This document shows, in pieces, positions 30,963 through 43,874 of a stretch of 64,000 bases of DNA. The position numbers and the translations under genes are program-made. Below the pieces are notes generated by a model. That model saw nothing but the letters and a program-made list of their open reading frames with translations, was not told where the DNA came from and did no database searches. The stretch lies in assembly GCA_963845595.1 (NCBI GenBank), contig CAWJSU010000003.1:353045-417044 (forward strand), in the 5' to 3' direction. Position 1 is the first letter of the stretch. Each line of letters opens with the position of its first letter. Origin of the DNA: an uncultured Actinomycetota bacterium. GTDB lineage: Bacteria; Actinomycetota; Actinomycetes; Mycobacteriales; Mycobacteriaceae.

Positions 30963-31733
30963 TCAGGCGCGGGCGGTGAGCCCGGTCAAGAATGACTCGA
31001 CCGCCTGCTGGTATGCCTGCGGTGCTTCGTCGTGCAGCAGGTGACCGGCCTCGGGGACGTGTAAATAGGTTGTCTGACAACCGGTTTTGGCCATCTCGGC
31101 CATCTGGCCCGGCGGCGTCACCGAGATGCCGGCCTCGATCAGTAGCGCCGGTGCCCGCACCGCCAGCCACTGCCCCCAGTAGTCACGGGTGCCCCACTCG
31201 GCGGCGATCTCGATCCATTTCGACGTGTGACCGTGCAGCCGCCAACCGCCCGGCGTCCGGTCGAACGAGTCCAGGAAATACTGGCCGGAGACATCGCCAA
31301 ATTTGGCGAATACCTCATCGGCGGTGCGGAATTCGACCGGCAACGAATACAGCCAAGGCTCCCACGGGCCGGTTGTCCGGCCAACGAAATCCGGCGACAT
31401 GTCCTCGATCACCAGCGCCGAAACCAGGTCGGGACGCTCGGCGGCCAGGCACCACGAGTGCAGTGCGCCCATCGAATGTCCAAGCAGCCGCGCCGGCGCC
31501 CCCAGCGCGGCCACCGCGTCACCCAGATCGGCAACGAAGCGTTCGGTACTGATCGGAAAGGGATCGGCGACATCACGACCCCGGTGCCACGGCGCGTCGT
31601 AGGTGTACACACTGCCCAACCGGGTCAGCCACGGTAGCTGGCGCGACCAGGTGCTGCCGCGACCCATCAGGCCGTGCACCAAGACCAACGGCGCGCCCTG
31701 TCCGCCTCGACGGGTCAATGGCTGGGTGGACAT
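30963..31733 (-). CDS. Alpha/beta hydrolase (Rv3591c orthologue)
   Basis: LVHGLMG, GHSMG, GHLLH. Confidence 0.9.
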   Translation of the reverse strand: MSTQPLTRRGGQGAPLVLVHGLMGRGSTWSRQLPWLTRLGSVYTYDAPWHRGRDVADPFPISTERFVADLGDAVAALGAPARLLGHSMGALHSWCLAAERPDLVSALVIEDMSPDFVGRTTGPWEPWLYSLPVEFRTADEVFAKFGDVSGQYFLDSFDRTPGGWRLHGHTSKWIEIAAEWGTRDYWGQWLAVRAPALLIEAGISVTPPGQMAEMAKTGCQTTYLHVPEAGHLLHDEAPQAYQQAVESFLTGLTARA

Positions 31734-31797
31734 GCAACCATCTTGCGCGACCTGCCCGGGAGCACGACGAGCGAGGCGGCGCGGTAGCCTAGCGGAC

Positions 31798-32124
31798 ATG
31801 CCAGTGGTGAAGATCAACGCAATCGAAGTACCCGCAGACGCTGGCCCCGAACTGGAGAAGCGGTTCGCCCACCGCGCGCACGCGGTCGAGAACTCTCCCG
31901 GTTTCCTCGGCTTCCAGCTGCTGCGCCCGGTCAAGGGTGAAGACCGCTATTTCGTGGTGACACACTGGGAGTCCGATGAAGCATTCCAGGCGTGGGCGAC
32001 CGGGCCCGCCATCGCCGCCCATGCCGGTCACCGGGCCAACCCGGTGGCGACTGGCGCGTCGCTGCTGGAATTCGAAGTCGTCATGGACGTTCCCGGGAGC
32101 AAACAGGCTGGCCAGACTGGTTAG
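31798..32124 (+). CDS. mhuD: Heme-degrading monooxygenase MhuD
   Basis: MPVVKINAIEVP..AGPELEKRFAHRAHAVENSPGFLGFQLLRPVKGE. Confidence 0.96.
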   Translation: MPVVKINAIEVPADAGPELEKRFAHRAHAVENSPGFLGFQLLRPVKGEDRYFVVTHWESDEAFQAWATGPAIAAHAGHRANPVATGASLLEFEVVMDVPGSKQAGQTG

Positions 32125-32134
32125 CCGGCGGCAC

Positions 32135-33466
32135 GTGCGGCACCGCACGCTGGCCCTGACCGCTGTAGCTGCACTGGTCGCGACCCTGGCGCCGGGTTGC
32201 GGGACCCCACCTCCCCCGCAGGCGAACGCGGCGAACCCGGGGCGCGGGATCGACACCAGGACTCCGCCCGGGCTGCGGGCGCAGCAGACCATGGACATGC
32301 TCAACTCGGACTGGCCCATCGGCCCGGTCGGAGTTCGCACGCTCGCCGCGCCCGACAAGGTCGACTCGGTCGAAACCACCATGGAGGGGCTGTGGTGGGA
32401 TCGTCCCTTCACCCTTGATGGTGTGGACATCACCGCCAGCGTGGCCACGCTGCACCTGACCTCTTCCTATGGCGCGCGACAGGACATCCGGATTCACACC
32501 GACGACTACGGTCGGGTCGATGCGTTCGACCTCGAAACGCAGTCACCGTCGATCACTTCATGGCACGACGTCGATGCGGTCTTGAGCAGGACCGGCGCCC
32601 GCTACTCCTACCAGGTCGCCAAGGTTGACAACGGTGGCTGCAACCCGGTGATGGGCGCTAATACCGGCGTATCTCTGCCGCTGGCATCGATTTTCAAGCT
32701 GTTTGTGCTGCACGCGCTGGCACGAGCCGTGCAGGCCGGAACGGTGTCCTGGGACGATCAGCTGACCGTCACCGACCAGAGCAAGGCGGTGGGCTCTTCA
32801 GGTTTGGAACTGCCTCCCGGGGCACATGTTTCGGTTCGCAAGGCCGCCGAGAAGATGATCGCCACCAGCGACAACATGGCCACCGACCTGCTGATCGGGT
32901 GGATGGGCACGCACGCCATCGAGGAAGCGCTCATCACGGCCGGTCATCACGATCCGGCCAGCATGACACCCTTCCCCACCATGTACGAGCTGTTCTCGGT
33001 GGGCTGGGGTAAACCGGATCTGCGTGACCAATGGCAGCAGGCCTCGACCCCGCAAGCCCGCGCTCAGTTGCTGCAGCAGGCGAATTCCAATCCCTACCAA
33101 CCCGATCCGGCCCGCGCCCACACACCGGCCTCCAGCTTCGGGGCGGAGTGGTACGGCAGCGCCGAGGACATCTGCCGGGTGCACGCGGCGCTGCAGGCCG
33201 ATGCCGTGGGCCCGACCGCCCCGGTGCGGCAGATCCTGTCCGCCGTCTCGGGCATCCAGCTGGATCGCAACGTGTGGAAGTACATCGCAGCGAAAGCCGG
33301 TGGCCTGCCGGGCGATCTGACATTCAGCTGGTACGCCGTGGACAAGACGGGGCAGCCGTGGGTGGTCAGCTTTCAGCTGAACTGGCCCCGTGATCATGGG
33401 CCGAACGTGACCGGCTGGATGCTGCAGGTTGCCAAGCAGGTCTTCGCGCTGATCGCGCCGCCCTAG
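32135..33466 (+). CDS. lpqF: Lipoprotein LpqF, serine hydrolase/beta-lactamase-like
   Basis: Lipobox APGC, LASIFKL, SDN, KAGG; start approximate. Confidence 0.88.
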   Translation: MRHRTLALTAVAALVATLAPGCGTPPPPQANAANPGRGIDTRTPPGLRAQQTMDMLNSDWPIGPVGVRTLAAPDKVDSVETTMEGLWWDRPFTLDGVDITASVATLHLTSSYGARQDIRIHTDDYGRVDAFDLETQSPSITSWHDVDAVLSRTGARYSYQVAKVDNGGCNPVMGANTGVSLPLASIFKLFVLHALARAVQAGTVSWDDQLTVTDQSKAVGSSGLELPPGAHVSVRKAAEKMIATSDNMATDLLIGWMGTHAIEEALITAGHHDPASMTPFPTMYELFSVGWGKPDLRDQWQQASTPQARAQLLQQANSNPYQPDPARAHTPASSFGAEWYGSAEDICRVHAALQADAVGPTAPVRQILSAVSGIQLDRNVWKYIAAKAGGLPGDLTFSWYAVDKTGQPWVVSFQLNWPRDHGPNVTGWMLQVAKQVFALIAPP

Positions 33467-33487
33467 CCGTCACAGCTGCCCTAGCCG

Positions 33488-34060
33488 TCACAGCCGCAGC
33501 GTCCACCAGCCGTCGCGGGAATGCAGGACCGTCCGGCTGACCGGCGCGATGTCGATGCGCCAGAACGACTCCGGTGAAGCATCGAGGGCCAGCAGGATCG
33601 CCGCTCGGACCACCGCCGGATGTGTCACCGCGACGATCCGCGATCCGTCCTGGGGCACAGCAGGTGTCACCGAATCCAGCCATCCGCCCACCCGGTCGAT
33701 CAGCTCGACGATCGACTCGCCGCCGTGGGGCGCCGCGGCCGGGTCGAACCGCCACTCCGCCAGCTCATCAGGGGGGATGTCCTCGTGTGCCTTCCCGCGC
33801 CACCCGCCGTATTTGAGATCGGCCAGCCGCCCCTCCATGCGGGGCGATAGGCCCAGTAATTTCGCGGTTTGGTACGCCCGCCGCTCCGGCGCGGAGAATT
33901 GGCGCGCCCCGGCATCCAAGCCAGTGATATCGGGGCCCGCCGCGGCCTCGGCCTGCCGACGGCCGATCTCGTTGAGCGGCTCGGCGGCCGGAAACCGCGC
34001 GGCGGCCATGGCATCGGTCATCGCGTGCGACACCAAGGTCAGCCGGACGACCCCGGTCAC
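33488..34060 (-). CDS. Histidine phosphatase family protein (CobC-like)
   Basis: LVSHA, EPL, GGES, VTHPAVVRA. Confidence 0.85.
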   Translation of the reverse strand: MTGVVRLTLVSHAMTDAMAAARFPAAEPLNEIGRRQAEAAAGPDITGLDAGARQFSAPERRAYQTAKLLGLSPRMEGRLADLKYGGWRGKAHEDIPPDELAEWRFDPAAAPHGGESIVELIDRVGGWLDSVTPAVPQDGSRIVAVTHPAVVRAAILLALDASPESFWRIDIAPVSRTVLHSRDGWWTLRL

Positions 34061-34866
34061 GCCGCGATACTCGATGCCCGTCCGGTCTCGGCTCGCTCAC
34101 CCAGCAACCGGCCCGCGAGCGTCGCGAACACCAGCCCGATGGTCACCCACAGCACCACCTGCGTACCCAACGCGAGCAGCCTGAACTCGTAGAGAACGTC
34201 GGCGGGAAAGCCCGGGTAGATGATCGCGCCCGAGGCATTGCGCATCGGTTCGGGTGTCTCGGCCACGTTCGGCAGCAGCACAAACTCCACCGCGATCACG
34301 GCGACGTACGTTCCGGCCGCCAGCAGCCAAGCGCCCCACCCGCCGAATCGAGCCGTGATCCGCCGGGCCAGCCACACCGCGCCGACCGCCGCCACGACCG
34401 ACGACAGCACCGCCACCAGATACCAGCCGGTGCGCGCCGCGATGGTATCCGCTTGGCCGACGGCCGGCGGATTGGGCGGGTACTTCACGAACGGCACCAG
34501 GTACACCGCGGTGAAGGCGCCTGCCGCGAGCAACACCGAAAGTGGCCGTGGCCCTAAGCTCGCGGGGCTTGCCAGCCGCGCATACGCCCCGTATACAAGG
34601 CAGAACAGCACCGCGAAAAGTGCGCCCATCGCGACACCGAAAAGCAGCACACCAAAACCCAATCCGGCGTTGGCCTGCACCCCGCGAGTAAACAATTCGG
34701 TGCCGTGCTCGTGTACACCCGCAGCGTGCTCGACCTCGGTGCGGCCGTCCTCGAACGCGATCGCGCGGCCGATTACCGGTTCGGCGAACAGGCGGGCGAA
34801 CACGAAGGCCAGTACGGCGCCCACGGCGCCCGCCAGCAGTCCGCGTGCGATCAGACGCTTCTCCAC
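34057..34866 (-). CDS. cbtA: CbtA family cobalt transporter subunit
   Basis: GLLAG, EP.I.RAIAFE, VPFVKYPPNPP.VG, TI..RT..Y; multiple TM helices. Confidence 0.88.
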   Translation of the reverse strand: MEKRLIARGLLAGAVGAVLAFVFARLFAEPVIGRAIAFEDGRTEVEHAAGVHEHGTELFTRGVQANAGLGFGVLLFGVAMGALFAVLFCLVYGAYARLASPASLGPRPLSVLLAAGAFTAVYLVPFVKYPPNPPAVGQADTIAARTGWYLVAVLSSVVAAVGAVWLARRITARFGGWGAWLLAAGTYVAVIAVEFVLLPNVAETPEPMRNASGAIIYPGFPADVLYEFRLLALGTQVVLWVTIGLVFATLAGRLLGERAETGRASSIAA

Positions 34867-34888
34867 GTTGACCGATGTCCTGCCGGTG

Positions 34889-35134
34889 TTAATGGCAGGG
34901 GAATCCGAGCAGATGCCGCGCGTCGTGCACGAACTCGTGCACATGTGAGTCACTGCCGAACAGCGACACCGCGCCCTGATCGACGCCGACGAAGTACAGC
35001 GCCAACAGCGCCAGGAAAGCGGTTGCCGCCAGCCAGAGGGCCGCGCTGGCCTTAGAAAGGTCAGACAGATCAACCGATGAGATCTTGGTGCCAATTGTCC
35101 CAGATGTCTGGGCACTGCCCGCAATATTGGCCAC
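34889..35134 (-). CDS. cbtB: CbtB cobalt transporter subunit
   Basis: One TM helix then HVHEFVHDARHLLGFPCH. Confidence 0.92.
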   Translation of the reverse strand: MANIAGSAQTSGTIGTKISSVDLSDLSKASAALWLAATAFLALLALYFVGVDQGAVSLFGSDSHVHEFVHDARHLLGFPCH

Positions 35135-35184
35135 GGTTGACTCCTTCTGGGGATCTCGCGTCCCGGTTGAGTGCTGATGACGAG

Positions 35185-35277
35185 CGCCGGGTCTGACTGT
35201 GGACAGTGGCGCGACCGTTCTGGACTCTCACCAGATTCCGTTACCCGTCGACAACATCGGTAATTGTAAACCTGGCT
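35185..35277 (-). ncRNA. Cobalamin (B12) riboswitch
   Basis: Minus strand CGGAATCTGGTGAGAGTCCAGAACGGTCGCGCCACTGT...AGTCAGAC directly upstream of cbtB. Confidence 0.85.
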
Positions 35278-35653
35278 AACGCTGGGATGTGCCGCCGTAT
35301 CCCAGCTCATTCGCCGTGCGCTTCGCGCCATCGGTGATCGGCACGGCCTGGACCGCCGTGCCATAGGCGCAGATCTCGGTCCACACGTCGCCGATTTCGG
35401 TGGTGTCGAAGCGCATCCCCACGATCGCGTTACCGCCGCGACTGTGCGCCTCGGCGATCAGCCGCCCCATCGCCTCGTTGCGGCTTTCGGCGAGATTCTT
35501 GGTCATCCCTTGCAGCTCGCCGCCGAACATCGACTTGAATCCGGCACCGAATTGGGCGAACGCATTGCGCGAGCGGACGGTCAGCCCGAACACTTCGCCG
35601 CACACGCGCTGGATCTCCCAGCCCGGAATGTCGTTGGTGGTCACGATCAGCAC
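35276..35653 (-). CDS. YbjQ/UPF0145 family protein
   Basis: VTTNDIPG, GEVFG, GGELQGMT, RNEA, GNAIVGMRFD, AYGTAV. Confidence 0.93.
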   Translation of the reverse strand: MLIVTTNDIPGWEIQRVCGEVFGLTVRSRNAFAQFGAGFKSMFGGELQGMTKNLAESRNEAMGRLIAEAHSRGGNAIVGMRFDTTEIGDVWTEICAYGTAVQAVPITDGAKRTANELGYGGTSQR

Positions 35654-35683
35654 AGGCGAATCCTTCTCTGGAGCAGCGAAAAC

Positions 35684-35715
35684 GGGCGGTTAGTCCCGTC
35701 AGAGACTAACCGCCC
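35684..35715 (-). terminator. Intrinsic terminator after clpC1
   Basis: 12-bp stem GGGCGGTTAGTC/GACTAACCGCCC, 8-nt loop, followed by GTTTT on the minus strand. Confidence 0.75.
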
Positions 35716-35745
35716 CGCCGAAAAAATTAGAGGGGCCTGCGATCG

Positions 35746-38292
<2,547 letters not shown>

Positions 38293-38543
38293 CGGTGGTT
38301 ACCTGCTCTCCCTACACATCGGTACGGACCTCCTAGCGGCCCATTGCCGGCCCGGTGGGGCCGGCATCGCGTACCTGCCGTCCACTGTAATGGTCGGCCC
38401 GCCACGGTTCCTAACCTTGCGGATCACACTGCAAGGCAAAGTCCCTGTGACAACTGGGTCGTAACTACTGGAACGAGGAAAACCACCGAATCGTTTCCTC
38501 TGGTCGCCGACGAACAGTTCGCCACCAGCGAAACTGACAAAGT

Positions 38544-38577
38544 ACCGGCGCCCGGGACCTAGGGCCCGGGCGCCGGT
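38544..38577 (-). terminator. Hairpin terminator after lsr2
   Basis: 13-bp stem ACCGGCGCCCGGG/CCCGGGCGCCGGT, then a T-rich tail on the minus strand. Confidence 0.65.
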
Positions 38578-38588
38578 AAGTGGTCTTT

Positions 38589-38927
38589 TTAGGTCGCCGC
38601 GTGGAATGCGTCGATGACATCGGCCGGGATACGGCCACGTGTCGACACATTGTGCCCGTTTCGACGGGCCCATTCCCGGATCGCGGCGCTCTGCTCGCGG
38701 TCGATCGCGCCACGGCCGCGTCCAGAACTGGAACGCCCGCGCCGCCTACCGCCGACGCGACGACCGGCAGCCACCCATTGCTTCAGATCGCCCCGCAGTT
38801 TCGCGGCATTCTTAGTCGAAAGGTCAATCTCATAGGTGACCCCGTCAAGCCCGAATTCGACCGTTTCGTCTGCGGCGCCTGAACCGTCGAAATCATCGAC
38901 CAAGGTGACGGTCACTTTCTTCGCCAT
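38589..38927 (-). CDS. lsr2: Nucleoid-associated protein Lsr2
   Basis: [20 protein letters not shown]-hook RGRIP. Confidence 0.98.
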   Translation of the reverse strand: MAKKVTVTLVDDFDGSGAADETVEFGLDGVTYEIDLSTKNAAKLRGDLKQWVAAGRRVGGRRRGRSSSGRGRGAIDREQSAAIREWARRNGHNVSTRGRIPADVIDAFHAAT

Positions 38928-39043
38928 TTGCTTACCCTCGCGTTTCTTCCTGTGCGGTCATGTGTGGCTTTGGATTGACTCCCCGGTAGCTAATCTGCCA
39001 CAGAAACGCAGAATACTCAATCCAGACACAACATGCGAACAGT

Positions 39044-40561
39044 TCAGTCGGAGTGTGGCCGAACAATCGGGAACAAAACTGTCTCCCTAATTGACCCGCC
39101 GGTCAGCGACATCAACAACCGATCGATACCCATTCCCGTTCCGGTGCACGGCGGCATCCCATACTCGAGAGCGGCCAGAAAATCCTCGTCAAGCGCCATC
39201 GCCTCGTCGTCTCCGGCGGCAGCAGCGCGGGCTTGTTCGGCGAATCTCTCCCGCTGCACGACGGGGTCGTTTAATTCCGAGTACCCGGTAGCCAGCTCGA
39301 CTCCGCGCAGGTAGAGGTCCCACTTCTCGGTTACCCCGGGGATACTGCGGTGCTGGCGGGTCAATGGCGTTGTCTCGACTGGAAAATCTTTGACAAATGT
39401 GGGAGCGGTCAGTGAGTTGCCCACTGTGTGCTCCCATAGTTCCTCGACGAGTTTGCCGTGCCCGTAGCCGCGGTTGTCAAGAATCGCGGGGTCTATGTCC
39501 AGTCGTTCTGCGATGACACGCAGGTGATCGACCGTCGTCTGCGGTGTGATCTCTTCACCGAGCGCCGCCGACAGGGACGGATACATTTGTATCGACTCCC
39601 ATTCTCCATCGATGTCGTACACACTGCCGTCCGGTAGCGGCAGTTGTCTGGTCCCGATCGCCTCGTCGGCTACCTCTTGAATAAGTTGCCGGGTGACGAC
39701 TGCCGAATCGTCATAGGTTCCGTACGTTTGGTAGGTTTCCAGCATGGAAAATTCCGGAGAATGGGTCGAATCGGCCCCTTCGTTTCGGAACACCCGATTA
39801 AGTTCGAAGACCTTGTCAAAACCACCGACGACGCAGCGCTTGAGGAACAGTTCGGGCGCTATCCGCAGGTAGAGATCGATGTCGAGGGCGTTGGAATGCG
39901 TGACGAACGGCCGGGCCGCGGCGCCACCGGCCAGCGTCTGCAACATTGGCGTCTCGACTTCGGAAAATCCGCGCCGCTGCAGGGCGGACTTTATCGCGCG
40001 GACGATCGCGATGCGCTGACGCGCCACCGTCCGCGCCTGCGGGCGCACGATCAGGTCCACGTATCGCTGCCGCACCCGCGACTCTTCGCTCATCTCTTTA
40101 TGCGCGACGGGCAGCGGCCGCAGCGCCTTGGCGGCCATCCGCCAGGAGTCGGCGAGGACGGACAATTCGCCGCGCCGCGAGCTGATCACCTTGCCGTGCA
40201 CATACACGATGTCGCCGAGGTCGACGTCGGCCTTCCACGCGTCCAGCGATTCCCGGCCAACCTTGTCGAGGCTGATCATCACCTGCAGGTGGGTGCCGTC
40301 CCCGTCTTGCAGCGTCGCAAAGCAAAGTTTCCCGGAGTTGCGCGCAAATATCACCCGGCCCGCGACGCCGACGATGTCTTCGGTCGACGAGTCGACGGGC
40401 AGGTCGGGGTGCGCGGCGCGAACCTCGGCCAGGGTGTGGGTGCGTTCGATGGCGACCGGATAGGGGTCGCGACCCTCCGCCAGCAGGCGATCGCGCTTGT
40501 CCCGGCGGATCCGGAACTGTTCGGGAAGGTCGTCTTCTGATTCCTTACTGCCGGCGCTCAC
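39044..40561 (-). CDS. lysS: Lysyl-tRNA synthetase
   Basis: [39 protein letters not shown]; GTG 40561. Confidence 0.97.
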   Translation of the reverse strand: MSAGSKESEDDLPEQFRIRRDKRDRLLAEGRDPYPVAIERTHTLAEVRAAHPDLPVDSSTEDIVGVAGRVIFARNSGKLCFATLQDGDGTHLQVMISLDKVGRESLDAWKADVDLGDIVYVHGKVISSRRGELSVLADSWRMAAKALRPLPVAHKEMSEESRVRQRYVDLIVRPQARTVARQRIAIVRAIKSALQRRGFSEVETPMLQTLAGGAAARPFVTHSNALDIDLYLRIAPELFLKRCVVGGFDKVFELNRVFRNEGADSTHSPEFSMLETYQTYGTYDDSAVVTRQLIQEVADEAIGTRQLPLPDGSVYDIDGEWESIQMYPSLSAALGEEITPQTTVDHLRVIAERLDIDPAILDNRGYGHGKLVEELWEHTVGNSLTAPTFVKDFPVETTPLTRQHRSIPGVTEKWDLYLRGVELATGYSELNDPVVQRERFAEQARAAAAGDDEAMALDEDFLAALEYGMPPCTGTGMGIDRLLMSLTGGSIRETVLFPIVRPHSD

Positions 40562-40666
40562 GACGTGCCAGCTTAGATCAACTAATGGGGGCACCCGCGC
40601 CGCCGGTGCTCGACCGCGCGCCGACGGCGCAGAACGTGCACTAAGGAGCTTAATCGACCGCTGGGC

Positions 40667-41482
40667 TCAGCGTGCCGTCTTCAGCCGCCCGCGCTGCGCA
40701 TCCCGGTTGCGTTCGAAGACCAACCGCAGACCGTGCAGGGTCAGGTGCTGTTCGTAGTGGGCGACGGTGTGCAGTTCGGACAGCAGCAGCGGCGCGGTAT
40801 GTCCGGTGGCCACGATCGCGATGTCGTCGCCGGAAAAGCCCTCCACGTCCTCGCGAATCCGGCCGACCAATCCGTCCACCAGCCCGGCGAAACCGAACAC
40901 CGCACCCGCCTGCATGCATTCGACGGTGTTCTTGCCGACCACCGAGCGGGGACGGGCCAGTTCAACCCGGCGTAGTGCGGCGGAGCGGGCCGCCGCGGCA
41001 TCCGACGACACCTGCACCCCCGGCGCGATGGCCCCGCCAAGAAATTCACCCTTCGCCGACACCACGTCTACGCAGATCGACGACCCGAAATCGACGACGA
41101 TGGCCGCCTTTTGAAACCGGTGATAGGCGGCCAGGCAGTTCACGATCCGGTCGGCGCCCACTTCCTTCGGGTTGTCGACCAGCAGCGGGATACCGGTACG
41201 GACCCCTGGCTCGATCAGCACGTGTGGCACCGACGGCCAGTACTGGTCGAGCATGACGCGCACCTCGTGCAGCACCGACGGGACGGTCGACAAGGCGGAG
41301 GCGCCGGTGAGCCGCTCGGAATCGTCGCCGATCAGGCCGTCGATGGTGAGCGCCAATTCGTCGGCGGTGACTTCGGATTCGGTGCGTATCCGCCACTGCT
41401 GGACGACCTTCGCGTTCTCCTTGGATCCGGAGATCAGCCCGACGACGGTGTGCGTGTTACGGACGTCGATCGCCAACAGCAT
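40667..41482 (-). CDS. coaX: Type III pantothenate kinase
   Basis: [21 protein letters not shown]. Confidence 0.96.
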   Translation of the reverse strand: MLLAIDVRNTHTVVGLISGSKENAKVVQQWRIRTESEVTADELALTIDGLIGDDSERLTGASALSTVPSVLHEVRVMLDQYWPSVPHVLIEPGVRTGIPLLVDNPKEVGADRIVNCLAAYHRFQKAAIVVDFGSSICVDVVSAKGEFLGGAIAPGVQVSSDAAAARSAALRRVELARPRSVVGKNTVECMQAGAVFGFAGLVDGLVGRIREDVEGFSGDDIAIVATGHTAPLLLSELHTVAHYEQHLTLHGLRLVFERNRDAQRGRLKTAR

Positions 41483-41485
41483 CGG

Positions 41486-41905
41486 CTACCGCGCACCCAT
41501 CCGGGGGTTAAGCAACTCCGCCGCGTTATCGGGCACGAAGGCCGGATCGCTGCCCAGATCGATCTGCTTGTTGTCGGCGTCGACGAACACGATCCGCGGC
41601 TGGTAGGCGCGGGCCTCGGCGTCCTCCATGGTTCCGTACGCGATCAGGATCACCAGATCGCCGGGATGAACCAGATGCGCCGCGGCGCCGTTGATTCCAA
41701 TCACGCCGGTGCCGCGCTCGCCGGTGATCGCGTAGGTGACCAGCCGGGCACCGTTATCGATGTCGACGATGGTCACCTGTTCGCCCTCGAGCAGATCCGC
41801 GGCGTTCATCAAGTCGGCGTCAATGGTCACCGAGCCCACGTAGTGCAGATCGGCCTGGGTGACGGTGGCGCGGTGGATCTTCGACTTGAGCATCGTCCGT
41901 AACAT
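41486..41905 (-). CDS. panD: Aspartate 1-decarboxylase
   Basis: [19 protein letters not shown] cleavage site, NGAAA. Confidence 0.97.
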   Translation of the reverse strand: MLRTMLKSKIHRATVTQADLHYVGSVTIDADLMNAADLLEGEQVTIVDIDNGARLVTYAITGERGTGVIGINGAAAHLVHPGDLVILIAYGTMEDAEARAYQPRIVFVDADNKQIDLGSDPAFVPDNAAELLNPRMGAR

Positions 41906-42840
41906 CAGTTCCTCCAAGGTGATTCAGGGACACGTTTACCGTCCGGCCCGACAGGTGCCGGCGTTGCTCCGATTTCAAGCGAGATGTTGTCCAACAATCT
42001 GGTGCTGCCGAGCCCGGCCGCGACCAGCAGCCGAGCCGGCGCGTTGGGCTGGACCGGACCAAGCTCCGGATCGCGCAACTCTAGGTAGTCGACCGTGAGC
42101 GCGGGCATCGCGTCGAGCACTGCGCGGGCCGCGGCCAGCGCGACCTCCGCACCCTCGTGCGCGGCGTGTGCCGCGGCCGTCAGCGCAGCGGAGAGCGTCA
42201 CGGCGACTTCTCGTTGCGTCGGGTCGAGGTAGCGGTTGCGCGACGACATCGCCAGCCCATCGGCTTCCCGCACGGTTGGCACCCCGACCACCTGCACATC
42301 GACGTTGAGGTCGGCGACCATCTGCCGAATCATCACCAGCTGCTGGTAGTCCTTCTCGCCGAAGAAAATCCGATCGGGACGCACAATCTGCAGCAGCTTC
42401 AGCACGACGGTCAGCACCCCGCCGAAATGTGTTGGCCGCGGGCCGCCCTCGAGTTCGGCGGCCAGCGGACCGGGTTGCACGGTGGTGCGCAGACCGCTGG
42501 GATACATGTCCACGGCGGTCGGCGTGAATACGATCTCAACGCCCTCGTCGCGCAGCATCGCCAGGTCGTTGTCGAGGGTGCGCGGATAGGCGTCGAGATC
42601 TTCCCCGGCGCCGAACTGCAACGGATTGACGAAGATCGACACCGCCACCACCGAGCCGGGCACTCGTTTGGCAGCGCGAACCAGGGTCAGGTGGCCGTCG
42701 TGTAACGCGCCCATGGTGGGCACCAGCATCACCCGGCGGCCGGTGTGACGTAGTGCGCGGGTGACGTCGCCCACGTCGCCTGGCTTCGGGTACACGTTGA
42801 GCTGACCCGGGTTGAACTTAGGAGTCAACTTAGCGGTCAT
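41905..42840 (-). CDS. panC: Pantoate-beta-alanine ligase
   Basis: [35 protein letters not shown]. Confidence 0.97.
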   Translation of the reverse strand: MTAKLTPKFNPGQLNVYPKPGDVGDVTRALRHTGRRVMLVPTMGALHDGHLTLVRAAKRVPGSVVAVSIFVNPLQFGAGEDLDAYPRTLDNDLAMLRDEGVEIVFTPTAVDMYPSGLRTTVQPGPLAAELEGGPRPTHFGGVLTVVLKLLQIVRPDRIFFGEKDYQQLVMIRQMVADLNVDVQVVGVPTVREADGLAMSSRNRYLDPTQREVAVTLSAALTAAAHAAHEGAEVALAAARAVLDAMPALTVDYLELRDPELGPVQPNAPARLLVAAGLGSTRLLDNISLEIGATPAPVGPDGKRVPESPWRN

Positions 42841-43769
42841 TGCGCCAGCACCTCGACGACGTCGGCGGGGGCATGCGCGCGCTGGGCGGTCCGCAGGGCG
42901 TTGACCCGATATGCCTGGGCCAGTTGCGGGTCAATGTTGGCCAGTGCGTTCAGGTGTTCGGCGACCGCTGCCGCGTCACCGCGGGCGACCGGGCCGGTGA
43001 GCGCGGCCTGGCCTCGTTGCAGGGTGTTCTCCAGCGCCGCCCGGGCCAGCGGCCCGACGATCCGTTCGGCGATGCCGCCCGGCTGGTCGTCCACGCACGG
43101 GCCCCCGCAAGCGGGAGGTACCCCCAGGCCGAGCAGTTCACTGCCGCGCAGCGCGGCCCGCAGCGCTTCGAGCGCATCGGCGACCACGGTCACGATGTGG
43201 TTGCCCGCATGGGCCAGCGCGGCGTGGTAGAGGATGCGCGCGTCCTCGGGAACGCAAAACGGCTCCCCGCCCATCTCCAGCACCAGAGACTGCGCGATCG
43301 CGCGTCCGACCTCGTCGGCCGCGGTGATCCCGAAGCAGGTGTCCGGCAACCGGCTGATGTCCTCGTCGGAGCCGGTGAACGTCATCGCCGGGTGAATCGC
43401 CAGCGGTATGCAGCCAAGCCGGGTCAGCGGCGCGAGAATACCGACCCCGTTGGCGCCGGACGTGTGCGCCACGATCGTGCCGGGCCGCACCGCCGACGTG
43501 GCGGCCAAGCCGGACACCAGGCTGGCGAGTTCGCTGTCGGGAACCGCCAACAGCAGCAACTCGGCGCCGGCGGCGACGTCCGGCGGCGACAGCACCGGGG
43601 TATCGGGCAGCCGTCGCTGCGCCCGCTGCCGGGACGCGTGGGAAATGGCGCTGCACGCGACCACGACGTGGTCCGCGCGCTCCAGCGCGGCTCCCAACGC
43701 GGTTCCCACCCGGCCCGCGGAGATGATCCCCACCTTGAGCCTGGCCGGGCGCAAACCGTCGAACTGCAC
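42837..43769 (-). CDS. Rossmann-like/DUF2520 protein (Rv3603c orthologue)
   Basis: [35 protein letters not shown]. Confidence 0.92.
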   Translation of the reverse strand: MQFDGLRPARLKVGIISAGRVGTALGAALERADHVVVACSAISHASRQRAQRRLPDTPVLSPPDVAAGAELLLLAVPDSELASLVSGLAATSAVRPGTIVAHTSGANGVGILAPLTRLGCIPLAIHPAMTFTGSDEDISRLPDTCFGITAADEVGRAIAQSLVLEMGGEPFCVPEDARILYHAALAHAGNHIVTVVADALEALRAALRGSELLGLGVPPACGGPCVDDQPGGIAERIVGPLARAALENTLQRGQAALTGPVARGDAAAVAEHLNALANIDPQLAQAYRVNALRTAQRAHAPADVVEVLAQ

Positions 43770-43874
43770 CACCGCAGACGACCTCACATGTGTCTTCGTT
43801 TCGTTCCAGTCCCACCTGATGGGTACCGGACGGTCACTAAGACTGTAGTCGATTTCTTCGGCCGGTACCCAGTG

